A DNA stretch of 64,000 bases from Lachnospiraceae bacterium (lineage in GTDB: Bacteria; Bacillota; Clostridia; Lachnospirales; Lachnospiraceae). Position 1 is the first letter of the stretch, and every line of letters begins with the position of its first letter. Location: NCBI GenBank assembly GCA_017962225.1, contig JAGCVT010000037.1, positions 22,046 to 86,045 on the forward strand, given 5' to 3'. Shown piece after piece: positions 57,196 through 64,000 of this stretch. A model generated the notes under the pieces. It did not search any database. It was not told the DNA's origin and was given only the letters and a program-made list of their open reading frames with translations. Position numbers and translations under genes: made by a program.

Positions 57196-58819
57196 AATCT
57201 ACAGCATAATACTTGCATATGCAACAGGTTTAATCCTGTCGCTTCTTTCCGTTACGGGATTTGTGACAAAACACAATCACGGTTTTGTGATGAGTCTTTC
57301 GGTTGTTTTTACGGCCGTGATTTTAACTGTTATGATCGGAAGCGCATTCCTGGCATTTTTCGCTATGACAGACAACTTTTATCTGAATAACCATCTGTTC
57401 AAAAAGGGTGTGGCAAACGTAAATGCAAGTCTTTCCAAAAAATCCTTACCGCCCGTCATCGTTTTTTTCATTGTTTTCGTAATATTCCTTATCTGCTGGT
57501 TCCCGTATTTTCTTGCAATGTATCCCGGTATGTTTGCATACGATAACGAATGGCAGTATTTTATGTACGCCGACAAGGAAATCTCCAACCACCAGCCGGT
57601 TATTCATACGCTTATTTTAGGATTTCTTATTCATTCAGTTGAAGATATTACGGGCAGCATCAATAAAGGCGTTGCCGCATACACGCTGTTCCAGATGGTT
57701 TTAATGGGCTTTGGAAGCGCATTCATTCCGTACAAGATTTATAAAAGAAAAGAGAATAAATTCCTCTTCGTCGCATCGATTATATTCCTTGCTTTTTACC
57801 CTGTTTTTGTAATATTTGTTTTTACCGGAACAAAAGATACGCTTTTTTCGATGGCGATTGCTGATTTTATGATTTTAAATCTCGAACTCTTCGAAAAAGG
57901 TGACGAATTCCTTCAAAAAAGAGGCAACAGAATCCTTTGGATTCTCTTTGCTTTTATCATATATTCGTTCAGAAACAACGCGGTTTACGCAATGCTTCCC
58001 GTGCTTCCGTTTGCGTTTTATTACATCGTAAAAAAATGTAAAAAGTTTAGACGTAAAGCGCTCGCAATGCTGCTTTTTACAGCCGCTTTATTTGTATTCT
58101 ATTCGGGACCTTTTACATCACTTGTTGCTAAAGAAAAAGTTTCAAAAGCCGAAATGATGTCGGTGCCCTGCCAGCAGATAGTAAGAGTATATACATACAA
58201 ATACGACGAACTTCCCGAAAGCGAAAAGGCGGTCTTCGAGGAATTCTTCGATCCGGATATGTGGCTCGGATATTATGTTCCCGAAATCGCCGACGCAGCC
58301 AAAGGCAGACTTCGCATGGATGTTTATGAGGAAAAATCAGGCGAATACTGGAAACTCTGGGCAGCATGGTTAAAGAGATATCCGAATGAATACGTGGATT
58401 CTTTCCTGGAAAATACATACGGACTTTACTATATGTGGCCGCATTATGTTTTATACAGTTTCGGTCAGGAAGGCTTCACGGTAATGCACCAGATGGACCC
58501 TGTGGTTCCAAACAGCAAACTTCCGGCTTTATACAGTTTCCTTTGCAATTTTGAAGACGGAGATTTTGTAATACACAACCGGTTTACTTCATGGCTTTTC
58601 GCACCCGCGACATTCCTGTATCTTTCAATCGCCGCATGCGTATATGTGCTTAGAAACAAAAAGTTTTGGCTGTTGATTCCGATTGCGTTTCTGGCTCTTT
58701 TATGGTGTACGTTTTTACTCGGACCGGTAGCGCTTGTAAGGTATGTTTTGTTCCTTTACATCCTGCTTCCCGTATGGCCGATGTATATGAAAGCTTCGTT
58801 TGAAAAAAATAAAGAATAA
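57179..58819 (+). CDS. DUF6020-like polytopic membrane protein, putative GT-C
   Basis: YPGMFAYD..WQ, SNHQPVIHT, TKDTLFS, FRNNA, GPVALVRY. Confidence 0.7.
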   Translation: MEKKNKIYSIILAYATGLILSLLSVTGFVTKHNHGFVMSLSVVFTAVILTVMIGSAFLAFFAMTDNFYLNNHLFKKGVANVNASLSKKSLPPVIVFFIVFVIFLICWFPYFLAMYPGMFAYDNEWQYFMYADKEISNHQPVIHTLILGFLIHSVEDITGSINKGVAAYTLFQMVLMGFGSAFIPYKIYKRKENKFLFVASIIFLAFYPVFVIFVFTGTKDTLFSMAIADFMILNLELFEKGDEFLQKRGNRILWILFAFIIYSFRNNAVYAMLPVLPFAFYYIVKKCKKFRRKALAMLLFTAALFVFYSGPFTSLVAKEKVSKAEMMSVPCQQIVRVYTYKYDELPESEKAVFEEFFDPDMWLGYYVPEIADAAKGRLRMDVYEEKSGEYWKLWAAWLKRYPNEYVDSFLENTYGLYYMWPHYVLYSFGQEGFTVMHQMDPVVPNSKLPALYSFLCNFEDGDFVIHNRFTSWLFAPATFLYLSIAACVYVLRNKKFWLLIPIAFLALLWCTFLLGPVALVRYVLFLYILLPVWPMYMKASFEKNKE

Positions 58820-58821
58820 TT

Positions 58822-60399
58822 ATGAAAATCAAAGAGTTTTTTAAGGTAAAAAAGAATAAAAGTCTTTTTGTGAAGTGTTTAATCGCACTTCTTTTTCCTT
58901 TTGTACTCTGCCTTATATATTTTCTTGTAAGAGGTATCCGGCCTTTCGATATTTACGTTCCCGCATCGAAAAACAACGACAGTCTGTATTACTATAAACT
59001 GGTCGAATCTGTAAGATACAATCTCATTCCGAGAGGGTATTTCGGATTTAACGAAAGCCATGCGGCAAACCTTACATTCGCAGCATGGAGTCCTCTCATG
59101 TTACTTCCCTGGGCAGCATTCAGTCTTATATTCGGATGGGGCTTTAAATCTGCGGTTTTCATCAATATCCTTTTGTTTGCGATTTCATTTGCAGTCTTTG
59201 TTTTTTTAACGGATCTTGAAATCGAAAAATATCTGAACATAACAATCCTTTATGCGTTTTTCCCGAGCTTTTTCATTCACCTTATGTGCATACTGCCCGA
59301 GGCTTTTATCGCGGGACTCGCACTTATTTTCTTGGGACTCGCGTACAGAATTTCGCTTGATAAAAACAAAAGTAAAAAGGGCGAAAATATATCATTCATT
59401 TTCTTAATTTTAATAAGCGCATTCTTAACACTTTTGCGGCCTTACATGGTTGTATTTTTCATTGTTCCGGTAGTGCTTGCATTTAAGAAAAAGAAATATG
59501 TTTTCGGTATTGTGAGCATTATTCTGACAGCATTTTCGCTGGCCGGATATTTTATCATTGCAAAGCTTTTTACAGCGGATTATTTCACTCCGCTTTTTGA
59601 CCTTAACATCATAAAATTATTCTTACACGGCAAATTCACCGAAGGCTTCTGGAGCAGCGTTTATATTATCCGCAGCATGAAAAATGAAATCTTCGCACAG
59701 ATGAAAGACGCATTTTCCTACGGCCTCACATCGGGAACGCATTACGTGCTTCTTTTACTTGAATTTATCGCGGTTGCATTCCTTGTATTCTTTAAGGAAA
59801 ACAAGAAAATCAGGGTTATCGCAGTTACATACTTAATCGCGGTTGCAGGTGTGATTTCCGCAATAGTTCTGCTTCTTCAGAAAGCCAATGAAGGCGGACG
59901 TCACATATGGGTTTTCTGCATACTCGGCATTGCTGTTATCGTGCTTTTTAAAGAAGGCAACGAGAGCCATGTTCCGAAGCTTTTAATTGCGGCTCTTTTA
60001 GTGGTTTTCATGATAAGAGGCGCGGTCACGCCGACCGATTACGATATTCCTCTTGATGACAGAAACATAAAAGAAAACGTAACCGCATGGAAAGACATAT
60101 ATGAAAAAGAAAATGTAGCGCTCTCGGACACCACAGGCTATGAAAATACTGTTATCTGGGTATTCATAGATTATGTGGACGGCAGACAGGTTGTAACCGA
60201 ATTTAACGGCCTATACGCGCTTCCTAAGGGCTTTGGCATAAGCTGCTGTTCGCCCGATTATGTTTTAACTTATTTTGATAATCTTCAGAGTAAATATATA
60301 TTTACATACGACGGTGCTCTGGTGGCTGAAAAATGTGAAGAATACGATTACAGACTCGTCGGTAAATTCGGCAAATCGGTAATGTATGAGAGATACTGA
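58822..60399 (+). CDS. Polytopic membrane protein, putative GT-C (paralog of 61732..63315)
   Basis: NNDSLYYYK after TM1, PRGYFGFNESHA, AAWSP, LRPY, LPKGFGISCC. Confidence 0.6.
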   Translation: MKIKEFFKVKKNKSLFVKCLIALLFPFVLCLIYFLVRGIRPFDIYVPASKNNDSLYYYKLVESVRYNLIPRGYFGFNESHAANLTFAAWSPLMLLPWAAFSLIFGWGFKSAVFINILLFAISFAVFVFLTDLEIEKYLNITILYAFFPSFFIHLMCILPEAFIAGLALIFLGLAYRISLDKNKSKKGENISFIFLILISAFLTLLRPYMVVFFIVPVVLAFKKKKYVFGIVSIILTAFSLAGYFIIAKLFTADYFTPLFDLNIIKLFLHGKFTEGFWSSVYIIRSMKNEIFAQMKDAFSYGLTSGTHYVLLLLEFIAVAFLVFFKENKKIRVIAVTYLIAVAGVISAIVLLLQKANEGGRHIWVFCILGIAVIVLFKEGNESHVPKLLIAALLVVFMIRGAVTPTDYDIPLDDRNIKENVTAWKDIYEKENVALSDTTGYENTVIWVFIDYVDGRQVVTEFNGLYALPKGFGISCCSPDYVLTYFDNLQSKYIFTYDGALVAEKCEEYDYRLVGKFGKSVMYERY

Positions 60400-60404
60400 T
60401 TATG

Positions 60405-60413
60405 TGATATAAT
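60405..60413 (+). promoter_or_regulatory. Extended -10 promoter element
   Basis: TGaTATAAT in the 70-bp intergenic gap. Confidence 0.45.
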
Positions 60414-60468
60414 TATTATGTATGTGCTTTCATACATTAAGACTTAAAGCAGACTGCATAAAGGAATT

Positions 60469-61728
60469 TTGATGAACGAAAAAGTTAAAAAACAAAATAT
60501 ATACAGAGTAATCGATGCCGCTTTGTTTGCGGTACTCTTAGTTACGCTTGCGCATTTCTTCGGACAGCTGGTTTATGCGCAGTCTCTTTATGCAGGAAAA
60601 GAAGGCGGATATTTCAGTGATATTTATGCCTACATGCAGGAGATGCAGGGCATTGATTCGGGCTATTCATTTCCCTATCCGATTTTCTTTTTGACGGGAA
60701 GATTTTTTGATCTTTTCCTGCCGATAGAAATGGCTGTAACATTGGCGGAAGTTTTGTTTAATTCGCTCGCTATTTTAATTACCAAATATTATCTTGAAAA
60801 ATACATAAACGAAAACGTAAAAAAGACATTAACCTGGCAGCATTTTGCAATTACCGTTTCAATCTTTGCATGCTTTTTAATGTCAATGTGGTGGCTTCCG
60901 AGATTCGGCAAAATCACGCTTCCTTTTAAGGATCAGGCTTTCTACGGAACATACTCGGGCAACCCCTGGCACAATGCAACGTATATAGCAACGCGCCCGT
61001 TTGCAATCGGTGCGTTTTTCTCGTTTATAAATCTGTTTAAGGACGATGAAAAGTTCAGCTGGAAAAAAGGAATCGTATTCGGAATATTCTTATTCTTAAC
61101 GACGATGACAAAGCCCAGTTTTACTTTGGTAATCGGATCTTCAATGGCACTTGTCTGCATTGCAAGACTTATAGTTAAAAAATTTAAAAACATCAAATAT
61201 ATTCTGTTCCTCTTTATCTGTTCAATCCCAACATTAATCGCACTTTTGTTACAGTTTGGCGGCGTGTTCGGAAGCGGTAATACGGAAGCGGAACACGGCA
61301 TAGGACTGGACTTTTTCAGAGTATGGAGAAGTGCGAATCCGCATATTCTGGCTGCCATCTTTTATGCGAATGTTTTTGCACTGGTATGCATTCCTTTCTT
61401 AATCAAAAACATAAAAGAAGATTACCTGTATAAATTCACTCTTATCATTTTCGTAGTATCGGTTCTTGAAGCAGGACTTCTTTGCGAAAAAGGTTTCAGA
61501 TATTCTCACTTTAATTTCAGCTGGGGATACATGCACGGAATTTTCTTTTTCGCACTCGGAAGCATAGCGGTACTGCTTAAAAATATTTTTGAAAAGAAAA
61601 TCAAACCTGTATTTGCGATTATCTGTATAATTGCGCTGCTTTCACAGGTTGTATTCGGAATACTGTATTTTAAAGGACTTTATTACGGACGAGATTACAA
61701 TACGCTCTTACCGTATAACTGGCTCTAG
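60469..61728 (+). CDS. Polytopic membrane protein, putative GT-C
   Basis: YFSDIYAY after TM1, YPIF, NPWHNATY, KPSF, HFNFSWG; start may be the ATG at 60472. Confidence 0.55.
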   Translation: MMNEKVKKQNIYRVIDAALFAVLLVTLAHFFGQLVYAQSLYAGKEGGYFSDIYAYMQEMQGIDSGYSFPYPIFFLTGRFFDLFLPIEMAVTLAEVLFNSLAILITKYYLEKYINENVKKTLTWQHFAITVSIFACFLMSMWWLPRFGKITLPFKDQAFYGTYSGNPWHNATYIATRPFAIGAFFSFINLFKDDEKFSWKKGIVFGIFLFLTTMTKPSFTLVIGSSMALVCIARLIVKKFKNIKYILFLFICSIPTLIALLLQFGGVFGSGNTEAEHGIGLDFFRVWRSANPHILAAIFYANVFALVCIPFLIKNIKEDYLYKFTLIIFVVSVLEAGLLCEKGFRYSHFNFSWGYMHGIFFFALGSIAVLLKNIFEKKIKPVFAIICIIALLSQVVFGILYFKGLYYGRDYNTLLPYNWL

Positions 61729-61731
61729 CAC

Positions 61732-63315
61732 ATGAAAAAAATCATCGGATTTTTAAAAAAGAATAACCGGTATCAGACCATTCTCAAGGCGCTTGCGGCA
61801 CTTGTTTTTCCGCTTATTATGTGTCTTGTTTTTTGTGCAATTAAAGGCCATTTTATAGCGGATGTTTTTCTTCCTTCCGGTGAGTGGAACGACGAACTTT
61901 TTTATTTCAAACAGGTTGAAGGAACCGTCGGATATTTATATCCGAGAGGATATTTCGGCTTTAACGAATCACACGCGGCGCTTCTTTCGTATGCTGCATG
62001 GAGTCCCGTGCTTGTATTTCCATGGATACTCTGGGGAATAGTTTTCGGCTGGAATCTTTTATCACCGGTTATCTGCAATATAGTTATCCTTTGCATAACA
62101 AGCGCGGTGTTTGTAGTACTTACTAAGATGAAAGTAAAAGACATGATTCCTCTCGGAATTATGATGATAGCTTTTACTCCTTTTACAAGATACATGCTCT
62201 CGGGAATGCCGGAGATAATCTGCTTTTGCGCATGCATTCTTTTCGCGGGACTAACCATAAATTATCTTGCAAAAGAAAATATAGTTAAGCTCATCATTCT
62301 TTTCATACTGACAGCGGTTATGACGCTGATGAGACCATATCTCTTTTTATTCTTCGTAATGCCCGTATTTCTTGCAATTAAAAAATACAAGGTAAAAGGC
62401 ATTATCGCATCCGCGCTTTCGGGCGTTGCAACAATCGGTATTTATGTTTTCATCAAGGTTAAATTAAGCGCCGAATATTTTACGCCGCTTTATTACACGA
62501 ACTGGCTTACGGACTTCTTCGACAAAGGCTTTGCGACAGGTCTTCACAATCTTTTATACAGAATCTACGCAATGTGTTTAAACATTGCAGATTATATAAA
62601 AAGCGGAATCATTACGGGACTCTGCGCAGGCGCGATTTTCGCCGCATTCTTTGTTCTGTTTGCAATAATGATTGTCCGCTTCATTTTGGACATACAAAAA
62701 TATAAAAAAGAAAAAAACGATGAGAACAAAAACAAGCTTTTTGTCGAAGGACATTTTCTGTTTGTACTGTTCGGAATGTTCTCCGCACTTGTTTTAATGT
62801 ACAAATTAACCGAAGGCAGTAAGCATTTCCTTACATTCCTTGCACTCGGAGTATTTCTTTTAGCAGTTTTACACGGAAAATACTATATAGAAAACATCAT
62901 CCTTGTGCTGGCCTGTGTTTTCTTTTTCATCATAAAAGCAACTTCGCCCTACGATTACGAAGTGCCTTTTAAGAACGAAGTCATCGAAGTAAAAACAGCA
63001 GAGTGGCAGCAGGCATTTGATGAAAATATAAAGATTGATGAAGATAATTTAAGCTATGACAACGTGGTTATCTGGAATTACGTCGATGTTAAGGACGGTA
63101 ATTCCCATCCGATCAAATGGCAGTATCTTTACATGCTTCCTAAGGGAGCGGGCATCAGCTGCTGCGAACCGCAGTATGTAAAAGATAATTTTGACGCTCT
63201 TAAGTCCAAATACATTGTCACGCTGACAGGAAGCGAGACGGATTTAATCTGTCAGGAAAAAGGAAAAGAACTTCTTCACACGGATGAAGAATTAAGTTTT
63301 TACAGGTTAAGATAA
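61732..63315 (+). CDS. Polytopic membrane protein, putative GT-C (paralog of 58822..60399)
   Basis: WNDELFYFK, PRGYFGFNESHA, AAWSP, MRPY, LPKGAGISCC. Confidence 0.6.
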   Translation: MKKIIGFLKKNNRYQTILKALAALVFPLIMCLVFCAIKGHFIADVFLPSGEWNDELFYFKQVEGTVGYLYPRGYFGFNESHAALLSYAAWSPVLVFPWILWGIVFGWNLLSPVICNIVILCITSAVFVVLTKMKVKDMIPLGIMMIAFTPFTRYMLSGMPEIICFCACILFAGLTINYLAKENIVKLIILFILTAVMTLMRPYLFLFFVMPVFLAIKKYKVKGIIASALSGVATIGIYVFIKVKLSAEYFTPLYYTNWLTDFFDKGFATGLHNLLYRIYAMCLNIADYIKSGIITGLCAGAIFAAFFVLFAIMIVRFILDIQKYKKEKNDENKNKLFVEGHFLFVLFGMFSALVLMYKLTEGSKHFLTFLALGVFLLAVLHGKYYIENIILVLACVFFFIIKATSPYDYEVPFKNEVIEVKTAEWQQAFDENIKIDEDNLSYDNVVIWNYVDVKDGNSHPIKWQYLYMLPKGAGISCCEPQYVKDNFDALKSKYIVTLTGSETDLICQEKGKELLHTDEELSFYRLR

Positions 63316-64000
63316 ATGAGTCAGGAAAAGAAAAAGAAATTTGATATTGAGGCCTTGGTTTACTACTTAAGTTTCATTGCGCTTATTACAGTCGGGATGA
63401 TAAGAGTGGACGGAAACGGCGCCATGTGGGCGGCAGCGATTAACTGTGTCGGTTTCTGCCTGCTTCCGATGATTGTTTTAAGATTCGGCGCAAAAAGCTT
63501 TCTTAAAATACCGTATCTTATCTGGGCTGTAATCGGAGCCGCTGCTTCGGTGCTTGCCATTAAATATTATGCAATGCAGTCTCCTTACTATGTATCGAGA
63601 GCCTGCAGAATCCTTGAAATTTATGCATACGGATTTGTGTTCATAAGACTGATATATGCCTTAATTAGAAAAGAATTCAAAGGAAAAGCAAAGACTTTTT
63701 CCGTGCTTTTCTTTGTTACCGTCGGGTTCTTTCTTTTGGCATTTATTTCCAGAGGAAGATCCGACTGGACGCTTTATTACGGCTGCATATTTGCAATGTT
63801 CTTTATAGCTCCCGTCGGAAAAGAGACTTACGAAAAAATGTTTGTCGGAATGACACAGGCCGTAATCACGGGGTTCTTTATTATTCAGGGACTCGCATTT
63901 TTCTTCAGACCTTACGATCAGGTAAGATATGTCGGCTTTTACAACAATGCAAATGTCAACGCACTCTTTTATGTTGTCTTTTACATCGGGTGGCTTTGCG
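63316..64000 (+). CDS. O-antigen ligase/Wzy_C-like membrane protein (3' end outside window; absent from ORF track)
   Basis: ATG directly after upstream TAA; open to window end: MSQEKKKKFDIEAL...FRPYDQVRYVGFYNNANVNALFY. Confidence 0.65.
   Translation, partial: MSQEKKKKFDIEALVYYLSFIALITVGMIRVDGNGAMWAAAINCVGFCLLPMIVLRFGAKSFLKIPYLIWAVIGAAASVLAIKYYAMQSPYYVSRACRILEIYAYGFVFIRLIYALIRKEFKGKAKTFSVLFFVTVGFFLLAFISRGRSDWTLYYGCIFAMFFIAPVGKETYEKMFVGMTQAVITGFFIIQGLAFFFRPYDQVRYVGFYNNANVNALFYVVFYIGWLC

Noticed and set aside
1-64000. CRISPR array, tRNA/rRNA, transposase, integrase, prophage or defence genes
   Set aside because: No regularly spaced repeats, RNA-gene signatures or matching protein motifs seen; intergenic gaps are short and accounted for

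Overview
Gene-dense 64 kb window from an anaerobic, low-GC Firmicute. Gene content suggests a Lachnospiraceae/Butyrivibrio-like fibre degrader (inference). About 1-32 kb is a large surface-glycan locus: GT4/GT2 glycosyltransferases, a polyprenol-phosphate sugar synthase-like GT2, two Wzx-type flippases, an FdtA/FdtB-like 3-amino-3,6-dideoxyhexose pathway with an ATP-grasp/SDR/HAD cassette, Ugd, Gmd with Rmd-like and Fcl enzymes, and a ManC-cupin-ManA fusion. The middle and right hold ACT-GGDEF-GH9 lipoprotein, pflBA, a priming sugar transferase, VanZ, a Na/Pi cotransporter, split purO/purH, a TPR lipoprotein, nrdD with a fused redoxin domain, pyrF, plsC, a GltS-family transporter and rimM-trmD, followed by a second run of polytopic membrane genes. 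Main signals: (i) about nine GT-C-like polytopic membrane proteins in several families, including two paralog pairs; (ii) NrdR-box pairs at 31-bp spacing upstream of both nrdD and pflB, the latter interleaved with Rex-like boxes; (iii) two copies of a 45-bp REP-like palindromic element 17 kb apart; (iv) a sigma28-like promoter before ACT-GGDEF-GH9. No rRNA, tRNA, CRISPR array or transposase was seen. All calls come from motif reading; no database searches were run.
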